Of a DNA stretch of 64,000 bases, positions 1-14,516 are shown in pieces. The notes under the pieces are model-generated. The model had not been told where the DNA came from and made no database searches. It saw only the letters and a program-made list of their open reading frames with translations. Origin of the DNA: Balanoglossus misakiensis (lineage: Eukaryota; Animalia; Hemichordata); contig CM082596.2 in assembly GCA_040954595.2 (NCBI GenBank), forward strand, positions 4,023,025 to 4,087,024. Direction: 5' to 3'. Position numbers and translations under genes: made by a program. Position 1 is the stretch's first letter. The number at the start of each line of letters is the position of its first letter.

Positions 1-3000
1 CTGTGATCGGAACAACGTTGTAGCAACCAGACATATTGACAAAAATGTACGCATATTTCGCTGGCCTGAAATAGAACGTGATTGCTTTCCGCCATGTTGA
101 TTCATGTTGTGTACACTTTAAAAGTTGCTCTGGATATAGATGGAATGCAATATTTTAGATGAGCATGGGAGACCCTTAGTAACGGGTGTGAGAAACTTTA
201 GCCATTTGGGGATGAAAACAGATCTACAGTAATTAAAGGTTCTAACAAAACATTTTTAATGTTCTCAAAAGGTGAACATATTTCATGTCATGCTAAATTG
301 TGCCCCATTTAAAATGACCTTCTTAACAATGCCCAATCTAATCGGATCCAACTTCTGAAATTTGTTCCTTAAAATATCTCTCTAATCCTCTCCATAGAAA
401 AATTGGTATTTATATCTGTGTAAAACGGAACACCTTGCTTGATACAGTATAAACATAATTAAATACGTGTGTATATACCGAAGAATCACAAACTGATGTT
501 ACTTTCAACCACAACGCAGAAAGAATTCAAAAATTAAGAATATGCGTAAATATCCAAGGTAGTATATCAATCAATGATTTATTACAAAATGTAAAATGTT
601 TATTGTACTTATTATCATTTGCATGACTGCATGATACACATGTGCATGAAATCTTTTTATTAAACATCAAGGGCGATAATCATGGAGTAAATCCTGATAG
701 ATGATCTCTCATTGTGGGTTGGTTGACATGAAAATACAAGGTCCCTGCAATTGTTTTCATGTTTTTTAGAGTCAAATAAAATACTTTCAGGTGAAAATCA
801 ATTAGCTTTCAATCTTTTTCATTCTGCTGTTTTAGTGGTTATTTTGTAAAAGACAAAAAAATACAGCGGTCACTATCTTTTTATCAAGGAAACTCAGAAG
901 TTGATTCCCAGTGACCAAATAGTTTGGCTCTCACATCCTATTTTTTTTTATAGTGACCCAAAAGGTGCAAGTCTTGTTGAGCCTGGATGTTTTAGATTTC
1001 CATCTTCACATCGATTTGTTGGAAAAGACATCTACAGACACCTACCAGCAAAAATGCCAGGATGTCCGGTTTTGGATGCAGCATCCAAAAGGTCAATTCA
1101 CAAACTATAAATATCTCCAAACACTGAAAGTTATCACATTGTAACAGGGTGCTATACTCTGACAGTAGTATTAATTAAAACCCATACATGAATTGATCCA
1201 GTAAAATTTGTTGCAAATACTGCATATTACATTTGGATTAACTCGCACATCATAAATAATCTTAGTCATACGTTGTTTGATGCATCAAGATCTATAAATA
1301 AATGCCATTTAAACTTTTTTATCTACGATGTCCTGTCAACAGATGTTGAGATGAGAATGACGACTATTCTAATTTATTTTTATCTTCAATCCAATGAGTT
1401 GTCCTGAAACAATGCATGTGTCAGCACTACACGTATACAAATACTATTAATAAAGCAGGATGTGCTACCAATATCTAAATAAATCCTCTAATAAGATCCT
1501 TTTTATTGAAAAATATGGGCCTTTCTAATGAAATATTTTATTGAGACAATTATTAACAGATGGTCTTATAAGACACTGTAAACAATATTATGGCAGCATT
1601 TGAGTTGTCATGGTAGTACCAGCTTAACAAGAAAAATTCTTTAGTACAACAAATTACAACCAAAATTTATGGTTTACATTTCCAAGTATTCAGCCCCAAC
1701 AACTTTTCTGTGTCTACTACTACTAGTAGAGATCAATATTCCACATTTAATTGCAATGTATTTTGAAAAATGACACATAATGTTTAAAATGGGAAGTTAT
1801 TAGACCCCTATTCCTGTTTATTGAGACACTTACACATGGGTTCAGTGTGACAGTCAGCTGACCGAGGTGTAACAGATCACAAGTGACTCACGATCAGCTG
1901 ATTAAGAGGCTAACACTAGAGAACGTCATTTTCAAAAATAGACATGCACTGGTAAATATTTATCAAGATCCACAGGTGTCTTGTGTATTGATCTGGTCAG
2001 ACAATTCATTGTTTTGATGAAATTACAGGAGGACTTCGTTCTGAGACTGAGTGCAAAGGTCAAATAATGGCAGACGGAACTGTCATGGTTGAAGGTTTTT
2101 GGCCATATGACCATGCTGCACAAACTGGCTGATTCAATATCACGTGGAAATTAATAAGTTTTATATGTGTGTGGCAGTCAAAACCAAGGTGAATTTTGTA
2201 GGACGAACTATTTTTTATTACGTCAAATATCCAAATATGTGCAAGGATTTTGTTGACAGGAAATGCATTTTTTGGATCCAAAGTTCAGGGATGACAACTA
2301 AAATTTTGAATCTTGAAACATCAACAGGTTGTCAACATAACCTTATATACAGCTATGCTAGGAAATACCCACTTAGAGCCCCAATCAACACAATTTATAA
2401 ATAATAGACAAATGAAAATTACATTAATTAAATGGCCTTGGACGATACAGCTCATCTATACTTGTAGGCTAATATTTATTAAAAGAGTGGATGTCTATTA
2501 TCAAGAGAAACTGATCTCACGAGAAATAATTATTAAGATGTATATAAGCGTGGCAATTACATGGATGATGGGATTGCATGCATTTCAAAATTAAACTGGT
2601 CATTTGAAATTTTGACCTGTTCATGCGACAAAATGTCTATTTCGTCAAAAGCCACAAGCGGGGACTTGTTATTATGTTAGGATCTGATTGTATCAATTTA
2701 CAAATACATGTTTAAATTACAATTTACTTCCCCATCAGATAATGACATTCCACTGACCCCTTCATCATTATGGTTCAAGCTGCACCTCACTCTGACTGAA
2801 AACAATGGGATTAAACCACAATGTGTCGCTGATTGCCACAATACATTAGAATTGCCATTGTTTCACATTGTGTGAAATATCAATCTGAATAGGCTGTACC
2901 TTCCTATCTGTTGTTCCTCTGTATTTGGACTCAGTTAATTAAAGTCATCTTAAACTCTATTATCATTCATATTTATCAGATAACTACTTCCTGAATATTG

Positions 3001-4824
3001 TTATGTAACATTACGACAGCTGAGGCCATAGAATAATTTTCACATTACATCCTACTCATGTGAAAATTACAATCTGTGAAAGTTCACGAATCTGCATACA
3101 AACAAATGAAATACTAGTACACTGCACTGGCTCGTCACATGTTTTGACTTCAAATTTGCATCACTGATTGACTCCCTGGTTCAAACACTACGACATTCGC
3201 ATGACGAAGGGTCATTACACATGTTATAAACAACTTTGTCACTCACATAAACATGATATTGACGAGCACAATTCAAACTTCACAGCGATATACAATTGCC
3301 AGGAATATCTCAAATAATGTAAATATTACATGCGTCCACAGATACTCGGAGAAAAGCATCTATGATGCATCTGATGCTCTGTATTCACTATATATATATA
3401 GGTATTGAGGTCACAATCTACCCTACATCGCATCTATGTATCTTATGTATGCCATTGACTGTGTTGGAGGTCACATATGTACATGATTTGTATATACATT
3501 ATACATACGTAATCTGTACCAAAGAAGGCCAGCCTGTTCAGTGTACATCAAAACATCCAAGGCATAAGACAAGTTTTCAAAAACGGCCCCAATAAAAGAG
3601 TCAAAATTACTTATTTATGTCAGCTACCAGCAAAATTTGTGCTACATCAGATCTACATGTATCTACATACATTTTATGCAATAGACTGAATAAATAGGTT
3701 ACAACATAGTATTTTTCCTTGCCAGTAAACAGGTTAATGAATTTTTGTGAATTTGACCATTTTTGGTACCTTGATGAGTTGCTTAGCCTGTGCTAACTTC
3801 TAACACAAAACATAAATCTCCAAAATTAGCAAAATAGAAACTGGTCAACATCATTTGCATAGTTATTGGTAGAAACTGGTTAACATCATTTGCATAGGTA
3901 TTGGACATTTGGTGACCGGCCATATACCTTTCACTTTCACTTTACTAGTACTATTGACTGTCATGGGTCAAGATTTGCGGGAGGCAGGTGAGAACTGCCC
4001 AATAACAGACCACTTCATAGAACCAGAGATGACACAAGGTATAGGTAGAAATGTAACACTATAACACCATCATACAGTAGTAAATAAGGTTTGGTGGTGG
4101 GTGCGTCACAGAACAGTGCAATGTTCCTCCCACATACACAGTCAATGCAAAGGTGTGTAAAACTTTCACGGCTAGGTTTAGGTTACAATCGCGGCGGAAT
4201 GAGTGTGTTTTGAAATCGCTTTTGTTGACACAAGACTTTTCGCATGGTAATTTGATACGCCACGTAGCATTATAGGGCTTTCTGGGGCCGAGACATGTAA
4301 AGAGCGACAGTGAACTGGCATGTTGACTTTGCCGTTGTACGGTGTTGAATGAGCCGGTGATGCAGTCTGCACATCAGAGCTTAGCAGACTACGATCACTG
4401 GGAAATTCAACATTTATAATTCAATATCCGGTCCAATATCCTATGCTTTCTATGGTGGAGGAAGTTTGCTACTGTACTGTTGTATGTTAATAAGAAGATC
4501 ACTGTAGTTTTATTTTCTGCGCAGACGTAAGTTACATCGGTCAGTCCCTTTACACTTGCGAAATATGCAAGATCGCCAAACGATGATCATTTTCTGAAGA
4601 GTTCAAAATGAAGATTTGTTCAGACTAGCTCTTTAGGTAGACCTGGGCGTATAGTTGCAACCATGGTCATGTAGGCGTTGCGCACTCGAGTTCAGCTGAA
4701 AATCTAGCATCTTCTAGGCTTTCAGTGTAGTGCGGCCGCCACCCTATACGATATACGAGAACGACCGATGCAACTTGTACACTACGCATCTCCAACTCAA
4801 ACGGTCATAACCGTTGATACTCAC

Positions 4825-4887
4825 CCAAAATAAGAAGTTGAAAAAGAAGACAAGGTACTTCACCAGTTTCATGCCACCCTCAACCAT
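4825..4887 (-). CDS. Tetraspanin (CD63-like), first coding exon; the remaining exons were not identified and probably lie left of the window
   Basis: ATG at 4887 gives MVEGGMKLVKYLVFFFNFLFW, followed by a GTGAGT donor. This matches the tetraspanin N-terminus (CD63 MAVEGGMKCVK; KYLLFxFNFxFW TM1 signature) and the typical exon-1 boundary. Confidence 0.85.
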
Positions 4888-6679
4888 TTTGATCGTGTAT
4901 AAAGCCTCTCCTTCTTACAAAAAAACAAGATGGGTATCTGTCAACGACCTATCGCCCTGTGTAGTGATAAGCTGAATGGCGCTGGTCACAGGCACCTGAT
5001 AAATTTAGCACACATAGCCCAATACTCAGTATCCCTCCGCGCACTTTCAAACAGATCTGATCATGCTAATTATTAAACCAAAAGATGTATTATGAAACGC
5101 AAGACATAAGCACATTGCACAAGAGACTTTTTTAGTGGTGTAAGCGTTTGTGGTGCCTCTCCTAACTCAAATAACAAAACTTTCTCATATGTAAACAGGA
5201 CGCGTAGGGATATCTCCGTTCCACACCTTTTTGTAGAACCAGCATAATTAATTTGCAATGTAAATTATACTGCCTCCCACCTATGAAAGAAAGTTATTAT
5301 ACTTTTACATACTTTATTTACTATTGTCATTATCGGCTTAAAGCATTCTTTATATCAAATTTAAAGTCTACATCTACATGTTATCTGACTGAGAAATAAA
5401 TAGAGAACTATATAGTCTATTAGTATGAGGAAAAAACTTTAAGAACTTTTCATGCATGTCTGAAATGTACAAATGCCAAAAGCTAATGATTTTTTCTCTA
5501 TACACATGATAGATTCGGGTGCCTAAATCTGAACAGTAGATAGCCATTAAATTCCTCAGAGAAACCAATAGTAGATGAAATTTTAGCAGAACCAGCATAT
5601 TGGTTCCTATCCTTGTTTGATCACACCAGATATGACCTCACATGTTTATGAGTCACCTTACACATGCGTAGGCTATGTGTGGGGGGAGCATCAGATGCAT
5701 AATAGATATCAAAATATTGCAAAATAACTTTTTTGCTTGTGTGGGAGGACTCTCATTGTTGTATGTGGTGGTGGTGACCAGAGGCATCATTAATGCATGT
5801 GAATATTAAACTGAATTGCAACAAAACAAACTGATATCAACAAAACAAATCATGTCAATAAAACTGCACTTGCAAACATTGTGTGGTTTTGAACTGATAC
5901 TTTATTGACGTCAAATGACGTCAGAAGCTGCTGATGCTAGTATTTTACCTGGCTCACCCCAGTACATTTAGTTCAAGGTTCAATGAACTTTGATGATAAG
6001 GCGCAGTATACATCATCGACTGGGTTTGGTGTATATTCCAGAAACTACAAGTAGCGTTGTGTAGGTGAGGACATAAATATGTCTTATTATCAGACAGGTT
6101 AATTGTATGAATTGTTCACAAGTCTTTATTATTTTAATGATTTACACAGGGGGGAGGAGAAATAATGTCCCTGAAATTAACAAGGATATTGGCCTTCCTT
6201 GTGTTGGTTTGCAAAGCTGTCACAATAACAAGGTTAGGGTCAAAGATCAGTAGATCATATGTCGCAGTAATTATCCATCGCTTTGGCGAGCTTGTTCTAA
6301 AGCGTATCCCTGGCAAAATAAACCCTGAGGCCTGATTGGCTGTATGACAAAGCCCTGCTCAGTTACTCTTTCATGTAACCAATCAGATACTTCGACAGGG
6401 GGGATGTTCATTGGGACGAAGTAATTACAAAAGTATGAAAATAAAAAAAAATATTTACAATATTAATGTATGTACATGTACACTCTAAGGGATACAATGG
6501 AAGACTCTGAAACGTTTTCATAAGAAGTTCGTGCAATCAAACCAGAAGTATGCATATAACAAATCCATGTATCAAAAATAGGCAAGCTATCAAGCTGGAT
6601 GTTATAAATACAACTTTAAATACAGATAAAACACTAGTGATTATACACTACTCAGAAAACACCTTTCAAACAAACACAT

Positions 6680-9600
6680 CTATGTTTGGAACTGTTTTAA
6701 ATTGCTCTGCAGTCTGGCTATGTCTGCGTCTAAATTGGCCAATCCCTGACGAAACTGTCTCTCATCTTGCGATGTGACTGATGATAACGTCGTGCCTGAT
6801 GTAATAGATCCTATCTCATCCATAACACTTTGTTCCCAAGCAAAGTTTCTATTCCCAAATCTCTGTTTTGGGTCGGGCGGTGATGGGCGGGAGATGTGAA
6901 TCTCCTCGTACTGTGGCTTGGGAAACTCATCTTGGGGTTCTAGTCTTTCAGATATATTAGGTCCACTACTTCTCGAAGCTTGTGAATTATTTGGATTTTT
7001 AAACCTGTAGCTATGATCGTATTCATCTTGCACAAACTCTGCAGACGATTTCTCTGCCAGAGTCGACTTTGACGTGTTCTGGATCTTAGATTTGGGATCG
7101 TAGTAATATTCCTCGTGGGCATCCTCCGAGAAGGTGACCATCTTTGGTTCTCCTTTAGCCGGCGATGTCTCTCTGGAGTTCCTGGGTGTCAGCGTTCCGT
7201 CCTGACTTGGCGTCCTGGTACCGCCCTGACTCAGCACTGCTGGGCCACTGTGGTTCGGCGTGAGGGTCCCACTGCTGAGAGTGCTGCCGTATTTATCGTT
7301 GACTGGCGTGGACGTTTCTCCGTTTGAAAACTCCTCTTTCTCTCTTGTCAGCATCTTCAGCCTGTACTCTTCCCGGTTTTCATCCAGGAAAGTTTTGTTA
7401 TGCTCTTCCAGGTTCTCTTTCGTCAGATTACTTCTAAACTGACTCCGAGTTGACCTATGCTGATTTTTTGGGTAATCATGGTTGCCATGGTAATTATTCC
7501 TCTGATACGCATCATCGTAATCATAGCTGTCTGCATCGGTCAACGTCTTGGCAAGATCATCGTCTTCCGAAAGACTTCGCACTCCAAAATTTAACTTCAG
7601 TCTCCTTTCTTCTGGAGAAATACCAAAGTTCAACGATCTTTGTGCGGGACTTTTTTTCTCTTGGTCCAAAAAATCATTGTTTTGCGTGGGTGTACATGGG
7701 TAAGTCTTTATATCATCTCTTTTAGCGGAATCACCTCTTGGAATGTTCATGAACCCTGACCTTTCACCCTGTGCCCTGATTGGCAACTCGTTCCTGACCC
7801 CTGATCTTTCACTGCTTATTTTGGGATAGTCGTTCACTGGACTCCTCTGTCTCCTGCAGGAAAAGAAGACATAAAAGAAATAGACTGAGCTACATGTACA
7901 GCATAATTTTCAGGGAGATTGAAACATAATTACACGTCATGTGCTTTGGCAAATAAGATTATGCTTTGATAATTGAGCTTATGTATTCATAGAAATTTAA
8001 AGCAATCAATGTCCAGTCCTGTATTGTATTCCGGCCTACATTCCTTCACAAATGGAAGTCATAGTGAATGAAGATCATCAGGTGAGAGAATGCTTCAGAA
8101 CGATTCCTATTTTGGAAGGATGATATTTTTGTCAGCAGACTGAAATTTGACTGGTAGGGTTTTACTGCATCCTGGACGTTATCAGCAGGACATGACCCTA
8201 CCTGCACATATCTCTAGCTGTACCTGGCCTGCTGTGTTGCTTTTCATACAGCCATAAATGTTATTAATTTAGATGTCTGAAACTAAGGGGTTAAATTGGG
8301 CTTGGAATGAAAATGGTATGATAGCAAAAGGTCACGTTTTGATATGAAAAGATCACAAACGCATTATTGAAGTCCGAATCAAATGCCTGTTGTGCACACA
8401 ATACATATTTTACATTATATGTGTGATGTATGATGCAGCACACACACGTCCTTCACGATTCACAACCTGTGATTCTGAATGATGGTGGTTCAGTGACTCA
8501 AGGTCATGTTCAAGTGTAACATGATCATTCAAATGCAGGCCACATCGGCACTGAAATAACCTGATTGCAAAACCAAAGTCACCGTAAACTTGCGTGGTAT
8601 TTAGAACCCATAACTTACACGGGAGTGCCCACGTCATGGTTTGTTTTTATAGCACCTATATTTCACAGGCTTTCTGGATGTGTGTGTGAAATGCACCACT
8701 TACCCAGCCGACTGGCTTGGTCTCAGCAGACGTTCCAACCTCTGCAAAGACCCCTGTGGTACGTCGTACTGTCCACCCCTGTCGCCAAGTGATGGTTTGC
8801 TGCTCTCTAAGTCTCGTAACAGATTACTGACACTCATCTGCAAGTTTCTGTAATATGCACATAAACAGGAAAAAGAAGAAATTAGTATTACTTGTGTCTG
8901 CTAATCAAAGCAGAACAGCTTATCATGTATTCAACAGATTCACATAAAGTGCATATAGGTGTTCAAAAAGGATCAATACCATGTTTTAATGACTTAGAGT
9001 GGTAAGACTAGACTTGAGTGATGTGTACCAAAAGCCAGTGGATACCAACTGTGATTTATGGCAACCCCTAAGTGTAAAACGAGGTGCACTTTGTTTGTAA
9101 ATAAGGAGGGCAGTCAAGTCACTTCTGGAAATTCCATTTCCAAAATACCAATTATTGACCCCGACCTCAACGCATGACCAATCTATATCAGCATCAAGTC
9201 AAATGGCACATTTTTACAACCAGAGTGAACCACAATTTCCTGTAATGGGGGGAGGAGACCCTTGCCCTTCCTGATTGTCTAACTTTTGCGAGAATCGCTT
9301 TCTAATCCAAATACTAGTACTTAATGAATTTTTGTGGCATTTAAAGGTCTCCATAAACTGGAAAATTTACGGTCACAAAAAAGTGCAACATTCTTCTTTC
9401 ACCAAATTCTCTGCAGTAAAAGTCGTATCTAAATGTATGTCAAGTGTTTCAAACTAGGTCAAAGTCACTACTTAAGCTTTAATATCTTATCACAAAGAGA
9501 ACCATCAGTCACTATCTGCTGTGCTAGGGCATTGCTATGTTCAATTAAATGACCAACTAACCCATGGAGAAAAGGTACCCTTCCAGCAATGAAGGCCCAG

Positions 9601-12600
9601 GCACAAAGCGGTCCAAACATCTCAGAATTGGTAGGTCACACAAGACCAGTGGCTATAGCCGCTTGCCTCAACTAACTCTGACATTCAGCCAGCAATAAAA
9701 CAGGGCACATGTATTGACTTACAGGAAGCATCGACCAATGTGTCTTTTTACTGTCTGTAGGGTGACTCCACCCTTCTCAGATGTCAATTGATGTCTCTCT
9801 GTTTCCTTAGCAACTGCATCTCTTTACACATTCTTTATGATTTCAATTGCAAAGTAAAGTTACACCATGTTATTGCACTAAGACATTGTGTCTAACTTAC
9901 TCATTCAAATCTTTCAGCCTGGCAACTTCTGCATCCCGTTGTTTCAAGGTCAGCTGCAGGATGTCATTCTCTTTGGCATTTGCTTCTAACCTGATCTGCA
10001 AGCTGTCTGTCCTTGATGTGGCTTGTTCCGCATCTATTTTCAATTTGGACAATTCAAGAGACCACTCTTCTCGGCTCTTCAGATGATCATTGTCCTTCAA
10101 GACAGACAATTTTCAAAATATAAAATCCGGTACATCATGCTAAATTCAGTACCTACATTGTGATACACAGCAAACTTGGTGAAGGATGGCGCCCTCTAGA
10201 GTCATTGCATGAACTTCTAAGCATTTGTTTTTCCCATACAGCTCCACTGGTGCCCTCTAGAGTCATTGCATGAACACTTCTAAGCATTTGTTTTTCCCAT
10301 CTCCCATGACATACCTTTTCATCCATGAGGTATAACATTTTTTTCCTCTCATCCAGAGCAGTCTGCAACTTTTCTTTCAACTCTTCAATCCTTTTCAGTA
10401 ACTTGTCCCTTTGCTTTTTATCATCTTCCAGATGCCTTTGTAGAGTAGCATTCAGTGTCTGTGCTCCAAGCACTACAAAACAATTCAACAATAAACTCTT
10501 ATTTCATAAGAAAATATGCTGTGTTGATGAGATCATGAGAGCCTTGAAATTTTGTATGACCAAAAGAGGTAAAAACATTTGGCATCTTACACATGAGTAT
10601 CACTGATTGTGAATTGAAAATCAAAACTGTTCCCTTTGCAACAAAGATGACAGAATAAGGCATTGACTGTTTTAGTGAATGGTGGCGATGTGCACTTACA
10701 ATCAAACCGAATAGTTCCTTCTGTAGGTTCACACTCAACCCTCTCCCTCTCCCTCAGCTGCTGGTTGACAATGCGTAGCCGTCTCCGAAGCTGAGCATTT
10801 TCATTGCGTAGAGGCTGCAATGCAAGGCCTATCTCTGTCTCTATGTCAAATGTGACCTTCACATTGGGCAGTGTGTTCAATGTATAGTCTATCTCATCTA
10901 GCAATCGGTTGACTTCGATGTCACCTGTTAGGAAAAAAAGAATGCATACAGAAAAATTATACACCGGTACTCTCAATCCTTACTCTTATTTTGAAATGCT
11001 CTGTGGAATAAATTGTAAAGATAAAGGTTTGTATAATAAATTTGACCATAATTTTTGTATGAAAACTTTGCATTTCTACATCTTACCATGCATACTATTG
11101 ACAGCCCTCAGCTCTCTTAGCAAATACTTCACAGTATGTATCGGGTGGGATTTCCTCCTATGTGACTGGTTCTCACTGGGGATAGGTGGAGACTTCACTG
11201 GTGTTCTGTTAGTACCAGTCTTCTCATTGGTGGATTTCAAATCGTGTGACTTGCTCTCAATGTCTGATTGGCTGTTTTGCACCAGCGAGTTGCTCCTGCT
11301 CCTATCGTAGCTGGTGTTAGGTCTGAATGGGCTGATCGGTTTTGGATCGCTGGGGTCTGGTTGGCTGGTAGTGTCAACAGTCAGCGGGCCGCCACTCACA
11401 ATTGTACTGGTGGTACCTGAAGCACTACTACAATCAGTTATAAGCTTCTCTGCTTCGGGTCCAGAGCCTGCAGCGCTGACACTAACACTGCCATTCACCG
11501 AGTGACTACCTGGCACCTGTTCGTTTCTTAAACTGGAATAATAAACACCATCTGGCTCAACATGATTCTTCAGATTCACACCTGGTTTGCCTATGGAACC
11601 CTCAGCTCCTCCATAATGATACTGCAGAGGTTGTGCCACCATATGATATGGTTGCGAGGTCACAGGAAGATAGCTTTGAGGCCTTGGGTAGCCCTGATCT
11701 ATATTATCATTCACGACATATTCTTTTTCCGGAAGCATGCTACCATAGTTTGGATTCTGTTGGTAATACGGTTGGCTCGCAGATGGATATGGTACATGAA
11801 ACCTCTCCATAGTAGCAGGCTGGTACATGCCATTTGAGTATGCTACAGGATCTGAGTGATATCCCCTAGGGTCATCTTGAAGCCACCTATCGAGGTATAA
11901 ATTTCTCCCATCAGTGTGAAGACTGGCGTCATCTTTTGACCCGGCTTGGAATGGCGGTACAGGCACTTGATTTTGATAACCTTGCAGCAACTGGCTTTGC
12001 AGAGTTTGGTGTCTGTCTGTGTATTCCTGCGCAAATCCTTGATGTGGGTTGTTGTCATGACTAGGGGAGAGATTCTGTGGTCCGTGGTTCATGGGAAGAT
12101 AATGCTGCTGAAGGTTATCTCGAAGCTGTTGTTTTTCTTTCTCCGCTTGGATGAGAGTCGGTGGAGTACTGAGAGGTGTGGATGAGGGCAGTCTTTCATT
12201 GTATGGTGCTTCTTTGGTGTTACTGCGGATGTCAGAATCTGCTTTGAATGGCATCATGGGTCGACTGTCTGTGGACAGGTTGATAGGAGGCTTGGTGGGT
12301 CTTGAGGGAGATTCTGAAAGTGAAACTGTTCGAAAACATTTTATAGAAATTATTTATTAAATATGTACAAGAAATATTATCAGGTTCCCAAATCATGTTC
12401 CAATGTTCCCCAATCTTAGCAAAAACACTGATCAGAACTTACCATCCACATCTTGAGTGGCTGTAGGTACTGTCAATGTATGCACCACCTTTGGTTGAGA
12501 TTTCACTTTATTCTCAATATTTCCTGATAACAATTTTTTCTTTGCGTGGCCTGCTTTTCCAGTCGGTTTGGCACCTGCTTTAGTTTTCTTCTGCAGTCGC

Positions 12601-14516
12601 TGTGATTTTGTTGCAATCCTCTCTATGAAATATAAAATCGACAAAAGTCCAAGTTTTCTCCTGTATGCACACTAGCTTACCCAAAAGTGCAGTGGGTATC
12701 TAATCCTTCAAGTGGACTTTCCCCTACTGCATAATGGATTAAACAAGACTTTTGTGCTGTACACATTATGGTATATTTAGTCAATTTTTTAAATACTAGT
12801 GATACTGACCAATGATAAGTACTCACCACTGTCATCACTTTCAAGTATATTTGCCAGTAAGGCTGCACATCTGTCCAGTCCTCTGTTGGCATACACAACA
12901 GGGTCCTCTGAGTCCGTTGAATAAAGTGAATAACCTGAATCTATCGATGGTGGTGATGATGAGGATTTTCTATCAAATAATTGAATCATTCAACAAATTA
13001 TCAACAGTGCAAAAGTTAGCATTTTTGTCTGTTATGTTTGCTAGCAGTCAGAAGAGCAGATAAGAACTGAGACATATATGTATATGTACTTACTTTTTGA
13101 CAGTTTTTGTAGATTTTGTCGGATGTCCCCTTGCAACGAGTGATCCTGCACTTTTACCAGGCTACAAGAGAAATGGAATGTACCATACATTTATGCTTTA
13201 TGAGAAATCAAGGATTTGAAGATCTTTCTACATCCTGAACTTCCTAACAGTGATACAAACAGAACTCTAGTACTCGTTGCTAAGTGTAACCTTAAACCAC
13301 CAGCATAGCTGGGACCCCAGTGACATGTATGTGCATGGGCTTGGTGTTATATTTAAGCAATAAAACACCCCCAGCCATGGTATATCACGAGATTTTGACC
13401 AGTTCACGACATATACGCACGAGCGATAGCGAGTGCGTATATGGAGTTGAACTGGTCAAAATCGAGTGGTATACCATGGCTGGGGGTGTTTTATTGCTAT
13501 TATATTATGCCAGTATATTGAAACTTTGCATAAAACATTTTAAAAAGGCATTTTCTTTAACTATGATATATGACTGTGGTATATGGCTAATATATCACGG
13601 TCACGTGTCGTGTCTCGACCAATCAAATAGCGTGATTTACACCATCAATATACTGGTATAATATAATAAACCATAAACCCCCTATACTGTCTATGATTAA
13701 ACTGAACTGAGCTGTTATATTGTTGATTGGTGGGTAAATATTGGTGGGTCAATACATGTACATGAATGTGGATAGTCTTGACTGCAGGAAAACAGGAGGT
13801 AAACATTTCAATGCTAGTGCCAGCTACACACATGTAAGGTGATACAGCCAAAGAAGAGAAACAAGGGACGCTGTACCAAGATTGATGCACGCAACATTAC
13901 CTTGGTTTTAATCTTGGGTTTAGTCTTGGCTACTGGCATGTTGAACCACGACTACTACTGCACGATGCAAGTCAAAGTCAGACAGAATCCGCTGTACGAT
14001 CTTGGCGGTATTTGCAGCTGCAGAATCAAATGTTAAAGTACGATAAACAGCTCCAGTCAGTAACAGCTGAGATCAGACGTCAGAGTTGCAGACGACGTAA
14101 CTCCACTAATCTCCTTTGCAGTAGGAAGTTTGGACTCGTAGGTAACTAGTTTAACAGTATTATTAACCTGGTAACGACGACACCGAATTCAGCCAACCGC
14201 ATGCCTGCCGATTAGGTTTCCTTTGGGAATGACATTTCTTTGCAAGCTTCGACATGTCAGATTTACCCGCAAGTACAGATCCATCACAAACCAAGTTTTA
14301 CAAGTGTCGAACAACACCTTTATTACACGTAATGTTCATACACCATTGCGGAATATAGTTCGCAAACATACATAGTTTCTTACATTTAATAAAAACAACT
14401 TTCAAGATTAAAAACGTAAATTGTTCGCGAACAATGGGGAATCATAATAACATGGCCAAGACACGTACACAACAACATTTTGATGTATTTACCAAAGTAA
14501 AATCATTCCGCCGCAT
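6680..14516 (-). CDS. CCDC14: Coiled-coil domain-containing protein 14-like (centriolar satellite protein), about 1182 aa, 10 exons
   Basis: Exons 14516-14493 (tentative first), 13161-13094, 12969-12827, 12622-12443, 12325-11087, 10924-10700, 10472-10315, 10094-9901, 8847-8704, 7853-6680. All are GT-AG with consistent phases (3549 nt). CCDC14 motifs: SIDSGYSLYSTDSED, EIGLALQPLRNENAQLRRRLRIVNQQLRE, ENDILQLTLKQRDAEVARL, C-terminal DERQFRQGLANLDADIARLQ. Confidence 0.85.
13356..13668. mobile_element. Non-autonomous palindromic element (long hairpin plus second inverted repeat) in CCDC14 intron 1
   Basis: 13356-13498 is an imperfect palindrome of about 143 bp (AGCAATAAAACACCCCCAGCCATGGTAT...GAGCGATAGCGAG...ATACCATGGCTGGGGGTGTTTTATTGCT). 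It is followed by a 24-bp inverted repeat at 13498-13521 / 13645-13668. Confidence 0.65.

Noticed and set aside
1-95. AACATGGCG start-like context on the minus strand
   Set aside because: The translation does not resemble a tetraspanin exon or any known protein; it may be a YY1-type motif or chance.
901-1110. Possible plus-strand exon or ORF inside the tetraspanin intron
   Set aside because: Weak donor, no recognisable protein, and no partner exons found.
10191-10300. About 50-60-bp tandem duplication in a CCDC14 intron (similar 35-bp duplication at 3835-3904)
   Set aside because: Ordinary local slippage duplications. The first explains the spurious repeated WEKQMLRS in the ORF track.
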